This document shows, piece by piece, positions 1-7,950 of a stretch of DNA of 11,601 bases. How positions within the stretch are numbered: position 1 is the stretch's first letter; the number at the start of each line of letters is the position of its first letter. Origin of the DNA: Thermostichus sp. DRC_bins_24. GTDB taxonomy: Bacteria > Cyanobacteriota > Cyanobacteriia > Thermostichales > Thermostichaceae. The translations under genes and the position numbers were made by a program. The stretch spans positions 1-11,601 of the forward strand of contig JAUQVK010000082.1 of the NCBI GenBank assembly GCA_039794845.1, in the 5' to 3' direction. The notes under the pieces are model-generated. The model saw nothing but the letters and a program-made list of their open reading frames with translations. It ran no database searches and had not been told where the DNA came from.

Positions 1-1580
1 GCAGCCACCGCCTGATCCTGGGGCACGGTAAAAGCAATGTCGTTGCTGGGGATGCCGTTGTGGTAGCCCCGCTGGCTTTGAATGATCGTATCGACGATGA
101 TTCCGGCAGCCGCCAACTGCCCGAACAAATGGGCCGCCGTGCCGGGCCGATCCGGCACCTTGCGAATGCCCAGCCGCGATTGCTTCAGATCCAGGGCAAT
201 ACCCCGTACGGGGCGGCTGGCTTGCGGCGGCAGCGGATCCCCAACCGGCAAAGATCCAGCCCGGTGCAGATGGGGGATCACCTGAAACGCCTCCCCCAGA
301 GCCAAGGCGGCATCGCTGGCCCGATCGGCGGCCACCACACAGCTCACCTTTATCTCCGACATCGAGATCATCTGCAGGTTGATCCCGGTTTCCGCCAGCA
401 CCTGAAACATTTGCGCAGCGATCCCGGGCCGCCCGATCATCCCCACGCCGGCAATGCTGACCTTGGCCACCGCCTCATCCACGATCACCTCGGCACACCC
501 CAGCTCTTGGCCGATGCGACGGGCGACACCTGCGGCTTGTTCGACTTGAGACCGGCTGATGGTAAAGGCAATATCGTTGGTGGGTTGAGCCGACAGAGAG
601 GTGTGGTCGGGGCTCAATTGCAGCGATTGCAAGATTAAATCCACATTCACCCCCGCTGCTGCGATCCCTTGGAAAAGCCGTGCGGCAATTCCGGGCCGAT
701 CCGGCACCCCCACCAGCACCAGCTTGGCTTGATCCCGATCCAACTCGACGGTATCCACCGCCAAACCCATCTCGATGCCACCACTGCGCGCACTGACCCG
801 AACCGGCGGCGAAACGATCAAGGTTCCCAGGTGGGGTTCCTCCGCTTGGAAGGGCAGCAAACTGGAGCGTACCCGCAGCTTCACCCCAAAATTGCGGGCG
901 ATCTCCACCGAGCGAGGGTGCAACACCTGCGCGCCCAAACTGGCCAGCTCCAACATTTCAGCACTGGTGATCTCCGGCAACAGCCTCGCTTCCGGTACCT
1001 TACGGGGATCGGTGGTAAAAATCCCCGGTACATCGGTGTAGATCTCACACAACTGCGCCTGCAACGCCACCGCCAAGGCCACCGCCGTGGTATCGGATCC
1101 GCCGCGACCCAGGGTGGTAATCTCCAGTTCGACAGGACTGGTGATACCCTGAAACCCCGCCACCACCACCACTTCTCCCCGTTCCAAATGCTGCTGCAGG
1201 CGTTCGGTGTGGATCTCCAAAATGCGGGCGCGGCTGTGATCCCGTGTGGTTACAATGCCCACCTGCGCTGCCGTCATGGAAAGAGCGGCACAGCCCCGCT
1301 GCTGCAAAGCCAGGGCCAAGAGGGCAATGCTCACCTGCTCTCCGGTGGAAAGGAGCATATCCCATTCCCGCAGCTGGTCGGGCCGGGTTGGGGATCCCTG
1401 CAGGATCTGCTGCGCCAAATCCACCAGACGATCCGTCTCATCCCCCATTGCCGAAACCACCACCACCACCCGATGGCCCTGTTCCACCGTATGGGCGACC
1501 CGTTCGGCCACTGCCTGGATCCGTTCGATGGAGCCGACGGAGGTGCCACCATATTTTTGGACGATCAGGCTGGGCGTCAT
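1..1580 (-). CDS. lysC: Aspartate kinase, cyanobacterial long type with repeated ACT domains; 3' end runs off the window
   Basis: Not in the ORF track because there is no stop in the window. Manual translation from ATG at 1580 gives MTPSLIVQKYGGTSVGSIERIQAVAERV...VVVVVSAMGDETDRL (KYGGTS and VVSAMG aspartokinase motifs). Later segments contain ACT-type repeats such as VPDRPGTAAHLF...IIQS...NDIAFTV and KVSIAGVGMIGRPGIAAQMF...SEIKVSCVV. Confidence 0.96.
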   Translation of the reverse strand, partial: MTPSLIVQKYGGTSVGSIERIQAVAERVAHTVEQGHRVVVVVSAMGDETDRLVDLAQQILQGSPTRPDQLREWDMLLSTGEQVSIALLALALQQRGCAALSMTAAQVGIVTTRDHSRARILEIHTERLQQHLERGEVVVVAGFQGITSPVELEITTLGRGGSDTTAVALAVALQAQLCEIYTDVPGIFTTDPRKVPEARLLPEITSAEMLELASLGAQVLHPRSVEIARNFGVKLRVRSSLLPFQAEEPHLGTLIVSPPVRVSARSGGIEMGLAVDTVELDRDQAKLVLVGVPDRPGIAARLFQGIAAAGVNVDLILQSLQLSPDHTSLSAQPTNDIAFTISRSQVEQAAGVARRIGQELGCAEVIVDEAVAKVSIAGVGMIGRPGIAAQMFQVLAETGINLQMISMSEIKVSCVVAADRASDAALALGEAFQVIPHLHRAGSLPVGDPLPPQASRPVRGIALDLKQSRLGIRKVPDRPGTAAHLFGQLAAAGIIVDTIIQSQRGYHNGIPSNDIAFTVPQDQAVA

Positions 1581-1624
1581 GACAGATGGATACCGATCAA
1601 CGTGATGGGGATCCTACCCCGGAT

Positions 1625-3154
1625 TTAGGCCAAGCCAATCCAACTTTGTAAAAAGGGCGGCACCGGCAACAGGATCAGCACCAGCAACGTCAGCACCCCC
1701 AACCCCAGTAGATCGCGCACCTCATCCAATTCCGTTACATCGTTGAGGGCCGGCTCATCGGCACTGGAAATCACAAACAACAACAACGCCCACAACAACA
1801 GCCAGGGCTGCACCGTCAAGGCCAGCAACAACACCAGCCAACGGGCCACCCGACCGACATTTGCCCCCATCTGCTGCCCGTACACCGCGTGAACAATATG
1901 GCCGCCATCCAGTTGGCCCACCGGCATGAGGTTAAAAGCAATCACCACCAACCCCAACCATCCGGCAAAGGCCAGCGGGTGCAAATCGATCACCTGCCCC
2001 GGCTCTAGCTGATCCCAGAGCACAATGCGCGAAAGGATCCCAAGCAACAAGGAAAGGCGCGGATCGATCTGATGAAAACTGATCGGAGTCGGTTGCCCTT
2101 CCGGCATCACGGGTGCAGCCTGAGGTTCCGAAAAGATCAACCCCAGTATCAACATCGTCAGGGCGACAACACTGCCCGCCAAAGGCCCGGAAATGCCAAT
2201 ATCGAACAACACCTTGCGATTCGGAACCGGCTCTTTCAACTGGATAAAGGCCCCGAAGGTTCCCAACACAAAGGGCACGGGGATGAAATAGGGCAGCGAG
2301 GTTTTGATGTTGTGGCGGCGGGCCACCCAGTAGCGGGTCCACTCATGGGATCCCAAAATGGCGATGATCGCCAGGGCATAGGGCAGGCCCTTGAGCAACG
2401 AGGGCAGATGCAACAACTGATCGGAACTGACCCCAGCTGCTTGGGCACCGGCACTCAGGGTCGTCCAGAAGGTGAACAGCAGCAGCCCCACGGCCAAAAT
2501 CGGCAGATCTCCATTGCCCGCCAAAGAGCGACGGGCGGCAGGATTGGGCACCAACGCAAAAAAGGGCTTCCCGGCAAACCCCTCCTGCAGCACCAACAGA
2601 AAACGATTGCCGAAGGTGGTTTCCACGTTGTGCAGCACCCGCTCGTAGGCCTCGCTGGGATCCGCCCGCAAATTGCCCCGACAGATAATCGCCTGCGGAC
2701 GATACTCGACGTTTTGCAGGTAAAAGACATTCCAGGGAAAGCAGTTGCTCAGCTTTTCGCGGGGCACTTCCGAAATGGGGGTATGGGCAAGGGCCGCTGC
2801 GATGGGATCCGCCGGTGAATCTTCCTCCAATTCGGGTTCGCTTTCGGGGGTTGGGTCGGGATCCCTGTTTTCCGAAGGGTTTTCTGCCTCTGGCTTAGGG
2901 CCTGCTGGGGGGCGAATGCGTCCACGGCGAACCAGGGTCATGCTGGTGAAGTAGGAGGTGAGAAACAAAACCAGCATCAACAGGGGCGGCATCTCGTACC
3001 GAAACACCTGACGCCCCAAAACCCACACCAAAGGCGGCATCATCATCACGAGCCATAGGATCCGCCACGGCACCTTCGAGAGGCGGGCCACACTTTTTTG
3101 TAGCAGCAGGTAGGTTGCAGAACCCACCAGTGCCAAGAGGATCCAATCTGCCAT
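1625..3154 (-). CDS. Site-2 protease family (peptidase M50, EGY-like) membrane protein with a degenerate zinc motif
   Basis: Contains GNLR, PYFIP...GTFGAFI, FDIGISGPLAG and NLMPVGQLDGGH (NxxPxxxLDG), with multiple TM segments. The HExxH position reads HEWTR. ATG at 3154 is preferred over TTG at 3163. Confidence 0.93.
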   Translation of the reverse strand: MADWILLALVGSATYLLLQKSVARLSKVPWRILWLVMMMPPLVWVLGRQVFRYEMPPLLMLVLFLTSYFTSMTLVRRGRIRPPAGPKPEAENPSENRDPDPTPESEPELEEDSPADPIAAALAHTPISEVPREKLSNCFPWNVFYLQNVEYRPQAIICRGNLRADPSEAYERVLHNVETTFGNRFLLVLQEGFAGKPFFALVPNPAARRSLAGNGDLPILAVGLLLFTFWTTLSAGAQAAGVSSDQLLHLPSLLKGLPYALAIIAILGSHEWTRYWVARRHNIKTSLPYFIPVPFVLGTFGAFIQLKEPVPNRKVLFDIGISGPLAGSVVALTMLILGLIFSEPQAAPVMPEGQPTPISFHQIDPRLSLLLGILSRIVLWDQLEPGQVIDLHPLAFAGWLGLVVIAFNLMPVGQLDGGHIVHAVYGQQMGANVGRVARWLVLLLALTVQPWLLLWALLLFVISSADEPALNDVTELDEVRDLLGLGVLTLLVLILLPVPPFLQSWIGLA

Positions 3155-3255
3155 GAGTTGCAAAAATCAAGAAATAGGGGATGAATACCTCTACCAAGCT
3201 AGCGGTAAATCCAGTCACCCTGCTACGGCCACAGCGCAGAACCCGTCGGTCGGGA

Positions 3256-3426
3256 TCAAGAACCAAATTTTTGCTTCGCCTGCTCGTACACTTCTACGGT
3301 AATTTCTTGAATCCCGGATTCCTGAGCAAAGTTTTCAATTTTCTTACGGGCCGCCGGACGCACAAAAAAGGGGATCTCCTTCAGCCGTGCCTCAGCCTCG
3401 GGTGTCCACTGCACAGCTTCGCTCAT
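3256..3426 (-). CDS. Small PCP_red-domain protein (homologous to the C-terminal domain of protochlorophyllide reductase subunit B), 56 aa
   Basis: WTPEAEARLKEIPFFVRPAARKKIENFAQESGIQEITVEVYEQAK matches the family pattern W..EA...L..IPFFVR...R...E..A...G...IT. ATG at 3426 overlaps the upstream stop (ATGA). Confidence 0.9.
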   Translation of the reverse strand: MSEAVQWTPEAEARLKEIPFFVRPAARKKIENFAQESGIQEITVEVYEQAKQKFGS

Positions 3427-3692
3427 GAAAGGCCACCCAACTGCAACATCCAACCGGGCAAAAAGGTATCGCCGGTCATACCCCGCAAGGTGAAATAGAT
3501 AAACAGCAGCAGCAACAAGGCTCCAATAGTCACCATTGCCCCTGCCGTCGGGCTTTTGCGATAAAGATTCACAAACGGCAGCAGACCCGCCCAGATGCCC
3601 CCCAGCAGCACGGTGACAAAGTAGGTGGGGTAGCGGGAGACGTTCTCAACGAACCGGTCTTCCAGTTTGCGGGGCGGCTGCGGTTGGGGCAT
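3423..3692 (-). CDS. ycf33: DUF751 / Ycf33 family small membrane protein
   Basis: FVENVSRYPTYFVTVLLG...FTLRGMTG matches the F..NV.RYP.Y....LG...TL.AM.G pattern of DUF751. Two hydrophobic segments. Confidence 0.82.
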   Translation of the reverse strand: MPQPQPPRKLEDRFVENVSRYPTYFVTVLLGGIWAGLLPFVNLYRKSPTAGAMVTIGALLLLLFIYFTLRGMTGDTFLPGWMLQLGGLS

Positions 3693-3740
3693 AAGGAAAA
3701 AAACCTGACTTTTCCTCAGTTTGCCACAGGTATGGGTGGC

Positions 3741-4037
3741 CTAGGACTGGCCATCCTCAGGGAATTGACGGCGAATCAAGAAGCGAATTTCCTCCAGCAA
3801 CACATTAAAGCGAGCATCCGTTTCCGCTTGTCTCTGGCGAAGGTTTGCGTTCTCCTGTTTAAGCTGGGCAACTTCTGCCCGGATTTCTAGGACAACTTCC
3901 GAGAGCTGCCCTCCCAAGCGCTGCAGGGCCAATTGGCCCGTGAGCAACCTGTCCATTCCCTGGGTGCTGGCTTCAGCAACTCGGCTCACGGCTTCTGTGA
4001 GCTGGGCAAAGCGTTGGTTGAGTTCTTCGTCGGTCAT
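3741..4037 (-). CDS. Hypothetical coiled-coil protein (98 aa from ATG 4037; alternative GTG start at 4061)
   Basis: The ORF fills the gap between neighbours in the same orientation. Heptad-like Q/E/L/R-rich sequence (EIRAEVAQLKQENANLRQRQAETDARFNVLLEEIRFL). Confidence 0.75.
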   Translation of the reverse strand: MTDEELNQRFAQLTEAVSRVAEASTQGMDRLLTGQLALQRLGGQLSEVVLEIRAEVAQLKQENANLRQRQAETDARFNVLLEEIRFLIRRQFPEDGQS

Positions 4038-4206
4038 GAACGGGATCCCTTGTTGAGCCACCTGTCACGGATTGTGTAGAAGCACCCTGCCCCGCCATTT
4101 TATGGCCCTGGATCCTCAGGTAACACAAAGCAAGGGAGCTGGCTCAGGGCCGGTTGGATCCCCTCCCGGCCGAGGGCAGGGTGATGGATGAGCCGTGGGG
4201 GTAACC

Positions 4207-4485
4207 TCAAGGGGGGGAGGATCGATCCTGCATTTCCAGTTGGCGTACCCGTTCCTGCAATTGGCGAGCAGTGGTGGAAAAGCTGCGCCTAGGCCAAAGA
4301 AAAGAACCAACCCCCACCGTCAATAGGCCCAATCCAACTGCCATGGCGATCAAAAAACCGAGGGGCAACTCCACCGAGCGCAACATTAAAAAGTGAACGG
4401 CAAGGGTCGTGGGGTTCTGCCCAGCCAGCACCGCTACCCCTAGGGCAAGCAGCAGGGTTAGGACCAAGTTAAGCAGCAGCAGCAT
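4207..4485 (-). CDS. LapA / DUF1049 family small membrane protein
   Basis: TM helix ending AVLAGQN, then VHFL...ELPLG, a second TM helix and a short coiled tail (ARQLQERVRQLE), which is the LapA-domain layout. ATG at 4485 avoids overlap with the upstream gene. Confidence 0.75.
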   Translation of the reverse strand: MLLLLNLVLTLLLALGVAVLAGQNPTTLAVHFLMLRSVELPLGFLIAMAVGLGLLTVGVGSFLWPRRSFSTTARQLQERVRQLEMQDRSSPP

Positions 4486-4507
4486 CGGGGATTCCGTCGC
4501 AACAGTT

Positions 4508-4984
4508 CTATTCTGCCTTGTCCGCCACCGGATTACCCCAAGCTCGCACGGTTCCATCCGGTAAGATGGCCCCCCTGAGATCGGCTCCAGTCAGGACAGC
4601 TCCCCCCATTTTCGCCCCACTCAGGTCGGATCCCTGCAGTTGGGCACGGGTTAACTTGGCCTCCCAAAGGTAGGCACCGTGTAAGTTGGCTTCCCGTAGG
4701 TCGGCAAAGCTGAGATCCGCGCCAATTAAATTCGCTTCCCAAAGATTGGCTCCGTAAAGGCTGGCCCCCATCAAGTTGGCCGAGCTGAGATCGGCTTCAC
4801 GCAAATCGGCTCCCTGGAGGTTGACCCCGCTCAATTTGCTAAATGACAGGTTGGCTCCTTTCAAATCGGCCCCCTGCAGGGTGGATTGCACCAGATCCAC
4901 GCCCACCAAGTTCGACTCCTGAAAATTCCGCTCACCGGCGGCATACTTTGCCAGTAGTTCATCAGCTGTTGTAACTCGGGGCAT
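4508..4984 (-). CDS. Pentapeptide repeat protein
   Basis: Typical cyanobacterial N-cap ELLAKYAAGERNF, followed by continuous A(D/N)Lxx repeats and a GAILPDG end. Confidence 0.95.
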   Translation of the reverse strand: MPRVTTADELLAKYAAGERNFQESNLVGVDLVQSTLQGADLKGANLSFSKLSGVNLQGADLREADLSSANLMGASLYGANLWEANLIGADLSFADLREANLHGAYLWEAKLTRAQLQGSDLSGAKMGGAVLTGADLRGAILPDGTVRAWGNPVADKAE

Positions 4985-5138
4985 GGCCGGATTCCGCCAA
5001 TCGGTGCATTAACTTTAGCAACCACTCATTGCTTAGTTTGCCCAACTCAATCTGCTGCAGAGTTTCGGGCTAGCTGACCCTGCAAGGACTCCGGCAGGGA
5101 TCCACAACCCTAGCTCCACATTTTGGAGCTTCATTATT

Positions 5139-5188
5139 GGATCTTCATCGGATCTTCGTCCAGAGCTGTATGCTACTTAATATACCAT
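5139..5188 (+). promoter_or_regulatory. Putative promoter of the 6S RNA gene
   Basis: AT-rich patch with three TAnnnT -10 candidates (TATGCT 5169-5174, TAATAT 5178-5183, TACCAT 5183-5188), preceded by the tandem repeat GGATCTTCATC/GGATCTTCGTC (5139-5160). The functional -10 cannot be determined from sequence. Confidence 0.45.
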
Positions 5189-5210
5189 CTGTCCACGGAG
5201 AAGCAGGGTT

Positions 5211-5411
5211 ATAGCCCTTGCGCGGGTTTTCTACAACAAGGATTGTGCTTCCTGTTCTCGCTCAGCGAGGTGCGGAGCACCCTTCCGCCCCACGGGGTCC
5301 GGAGGATCATCCTTCGAGAGAGTGAAGCTCAACTTCCACGGTTGTTACACGTAACTGGCGGTGCCCTACGGCGAGTGAACACGCCAGCATGCCCTGGGCG
5401 TAAAGGGCTGT
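5211..5411 (+). ncRNA. ssrS: 6S RNA (SsrS/SsaA); ends approximate
   Basis: Intergenic sequence folding as a long rod: ATAGCCCTT 5211-5219 with AAGGGCTGT 5403-5411; TGTTC and CTCGCT 5253-5262 with GGCGAG..GAACA 5370-5381; GAGC with GCTC; two apical hairpins in GCCCCACGGGGTCCGGAGGATCATCCTTCG. This resembles my recollection of the cyanobacterial 6S core (CCCCnnGGGGTCCGGnGGA...TCCT...CAACT...ACGG...GTGCC). Not confirmed by a covariance search. Strand is inferred from that resemblance and the upstream -10 candidates. Confidence 0.8.
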
Positions 5412-5433
5412 AAAAGGAGCTGCTCTGGCAACA

Positions 5434-5447
5434 AAAGGGATCCCTTT
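5434..5447. repeat. 14-bp perfect palindrome AAAGGGATCCCTTT (extended HIP) between the convergent 6S RNA and glmU 3' ends
   Basis: Read directly. A role as a weak bidirectional terminator is possible but unproven. Confidence 0.5.
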
Positions 5448-5480
5448 CCTCAATGTTTTTGCAGATATTTCCGCACAACT

Positions 5481-7319
5481 TTAACTGCTGGGGGCCGAGT
5501 TGCCTTGCAGAGGATCCCTCGCAACCCTTTCAATTTGTAGTTCTAGATAGCCGGTGGTGGGGTCAGGGCGGCGATGGAAGCGATGGTCTAGGCTATCCCC
5601 GATCACGATTTCAGCGGTGGTGTAGATCTGGCAGCCGGGGCGGAGGTGTCCCCCCCAGGTTTTGCCCTGGGAATCGGCAACAGTCAGGTGTAGGTGTAGG
5701 CCATCGACACACAGGGATCCGTTCAGGGCGAGAATTTCCAGACGTTCGGCCAACAGGTGATCGCCCGGTTGATCTGCAAGGCGTAGGGTGGCTTGGCTGA
5801 GGCTGCCGATGGCGGTGAGGATAAACCCAGCCTGCAGGGTTTGCTGGCGGGCAAAGTGTTCTAAGGCTTCCTTGAGATCTTCCCCAGGGGAGAGGCGCAA
5901 GGGGTAAATGCGCAGGGATCCGGTCATGGCCGGAGTGGTTTTCTGATCGGCAGAAGGGATCCCCAGTCGCCAACCGGGTTTGATCACCGGACGAGGACGA
6001 GCGATGGCCAAGCAATCATCCGGCAAATGGTGACGTGGGGGAATGGTGGAGCCGGCGGCGATGGTGACATCGGATCCCACCTGAAGCGGGGCAACCAGAA
6101 CCGAGTTGGCCCCTGTTTTACTGCGATCCCCAATTTCTGTGAAGTGTTTCTGCTGGCCGTCATAGTTGGCGATGATTGTACCCGCCCCAATGTTGACTTG
6201 GGATCCCAGCTTGGCATCTCCCAAATAGGACAAATGAGCCGCGTTGGTATGGGATCCGATCTCGGCGTTTTTGGTTTCTACAAAGTTGCCGATGCGGCAG
6301 TGGTCAGCAATCCAGCTGTGGGGGCGCACATGGGCATAGGGGCCAACCCAGGTGTGGTCGCCGATGTGGCTATGGCTCACCACCGAGTAGAGGATCTGGC
6401 AGCCCACCCCAATGGTGCTGGATTCGATCCAGCTGCCCGGCCCTAGGCGGGTGCCTGAACCGATGCGGCAAGCCCCGCGTAGATGGGTTTGGGGCTCGAT
6501 GATCACATCCGGGGCCAATTCCACGGTTTCTTCCAGGCTGACACTATCCGGATCCACAAAGGTGACCCCTGCTTCCATCCAGGCTTCCTTGAGGCGATCC
6601 TGCAAAATCTGATAGGCCTGGGCCAGCTGTCGCCGGTCGTTAATGCCGACAATTTCCTGCGGATCCGAGACATCCAAGGCCATCGCCTTTCCCACCAATG
6701 GGACGGCATCGGTGAGGTAGTACTCCTGTTGAGCGTTGCTGCTGCCCAGATGGGGCAAAACCTGCGCCAGAGCCGGCCAATGGAAACAATACACGCCACT
6801 GTTGATGCGCCGATTTTGCCGTTGAGCGGGGGTGCAGTCTCGTTCTTCCACCAATTCCAAAATGCGCTGCTGGGCATCGCAAAACACCCGCCCATAACCA
6901 TAGGGATCCGCCACCTGCGCCGAAAGCAAGGTCACCCCCGGCTCCACTTGACGATGACGTTCTACCAGAGCTTGCAAAGTTTCCGCCCGCAACAGGGGTA
7001 CATCGCCATTGATCACCAGCATATCCCCCTGAAAGTCCTTGAGTAGAGGCAACAGTTGTTGAACGGCGTGTCCGGTGCCCAATTGTTGAGGTTGCTCGAC
7101 AAATTCGACGGGGTATGACTGCAGGGCTTGGCGCACTTTCTCCTGTTGGTAACCTACGATCACCCAACACCGCTGAGGCTTGAGGGTGAGCACCGTCTGC
7201 AGCAGCCGCTCGATCAAAGACAGGGATCCCAGTTTGTGCAGCACCTTCGGCAAATCGGAACGCATGCGGGTGCCTTTGCCCGCCGCCAAAATTGCCACCA
7301 TTAGCCCCCGCTCTGCCAT
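5481..7319 (-). CDS. glmU: Bifunctional GlmU (GlcNAc-1-P uridyltransferase / GlcN-1-P acetyltransferase) with a C-terminal DUF296/PPC domain
   Basis: [31 protein letters not shown], hexapeptide repeats, [15 protein letters not shown] and [13 protein letters not shown]. An extra ~150 aa follows, with RLSPGEDL...IGSLS...EILALNGSL...[14 protein letters not shown]. Start ATG 7319 preferred; 7343 is possible. Confidence 0.97.
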   Translation of the reverse strand: MAERGLMVAILAAGKGTRMRSDLPKVLHKLGSLSLIERLLQTVLTLKPQRCWVIVGYQQEKVRQALQSYPVEFVEQPQQLGTGHAVQQLLPLLKDFQGDMLVINGDVPLLRAETLQALVERHRQVEPGVTLLSAQVADPYGYGRVFCDAQQRILELVEERDCTPAQRQNRRINSGVYCFHWPALAQVLPHLGSSNAQQEYYLTDAVPLVGKAMALDVSDPQEIVGINDRRQLAQAYQILQDRLKEAWMEAGVTFVDPDSVSLEETVELAPDVIIEPQTHLRGACRIGSGTRLGPGSWIESSTIGVGCQILYSVVSHSHIGDHTWVGPYAHVRPHSWIADHCRIGNFVETKNAEIGSHTNAAHLSYLGDAKLGSQVNIGAGTIIANYDGQQKHFTEIGDRSKTGANSVLVAPLQVGSDVTIAAGSTIPPRHHLPDDCLAIARPRPVIKPGWRLGIPSADQKTTPAMTGSLRIYPLRLSPGEDLKEALEHFARQQTLQAGFILTAIGSLSQATLRLADQPGDHLLAERLEILALNGSLCVDGLHLHLTVADSQGKTWGGHLRPGCQIYTTAEIVIGDSLDHRFHRRPDPTTGYLELQIERVARDPLQGNSAPSS

Positions 7320-7469
7320 GCCCACCCCCAGATCTGCCCCCATAAAGTATACGCGGCCGGATTCTGCTCAAATCTACCCCTGCAAGGGTGTAATCCAAGG
7401 CCCGAAACCTCTAACCAAGGCCAAAACTTGAGCTAGCCTGATGGCACGTCTAGGTGGCGCAGACAGATT

Positions 7470-7892
7470 ATGGCCGAGAGCAAAAGCCCTGATCACCGAG
7501 AACGTCAGCGGCTGATCCGAGAGGTGGCCGGTTGGTTGTCGATGCTGGGAGTGCTCATCCCCGGTTTACAACGCTTTTACATGGGGCACCGACGTTGGGG
7601 CTGGGGCTACTTGGTTGTCGGGTTGATGGTGTTCCTTCCCTCCCTTCCTTTGCAGATTCTCAGCTACACATTACGGGCCTTTTGTTTTGCAGAAGGGTTG
7701 TGGATCTTGACCATGACCAATGCCGATTTTGACTTTCGTTTCAACCGGGATTTGATCGGGTTGGAATGGAAAAGCGTAGAAGGGAGAGAATCTCAGGATC
7801 CGGAACAGCAGTTGGAAAGCCAGTTGAAACAGGGATTGATCACCCGTGCCGAGTACGAAGAGCGCCGCCAACAAATCCGCAAAATCTCCTAA
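7470..7892 (+). CDS. TM2/NINE-domain membrane protein with a C-terminal SHOCT domain
   Basis: GLQRFYMGHRRWGWGYL resembles the TM2 G.HRFY.G....G..YL motif, followed by F..RFN. The C-terminus LESQLKQGLITRAEYEERRQQI is SHOCT-like. Divergent from glmU. Confidence 0.82.
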   Translation: MAESKSPDHRERQRLIREVAGWLSMLGVLIPGLQRFYMGHRRWGWGYLVVGLMVFLPSLPLQILSYTLRAFCFAEGLWILTMTNADFDFRFNRDLIGLEWKSVEGRESQDPEQQLESQLKQGLITRAEYEERRQQIRKIS

Positions 7893-7950
7893 AGGGATCC
7901 TCAAAAATCCCCAAAAAGAAAGCTCTCCTGACATTTTGGTGGCGACAGTA

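Noticed and set aside
60..1628. Long plus-strand ORFs 60..638 and 669..1628
   Set aside because: They are antisense shadows of the aspartate kinase gene, which has clear motifs on the minus strand. Their translations have no recognisable features.
4083..4183. Possible SRP (4.5S) RNA, given the ~100 nt size and TCAGG...AGCA
   Set aside because: It lacks the GNRA-capped helix between CAGG and AGCAG required for SRP domain IV.
4985..5045. Minus-strand GGGCAAACTAAGCAATGAGTGGTTGCTAAAG resembling the 5' half of a c-di-GMP-I riboswitch upstream of the pentapeptide gene
   Set aside because: The stem is mismatched, the GACGCAAA segment is poorly matched, and no tetraloop-receptor helix follows. Likely chance; an Rfam scan would settle it.
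5168..5185. Possible NtcA site GTA...TAC
   Set aside because: Spacing is N12, not the required N8.
5123..5413. 96-aa plus-strand ORF
   Set aside because: It starts with TTG, has no protein motif and coincides with the structured 6S RNA.
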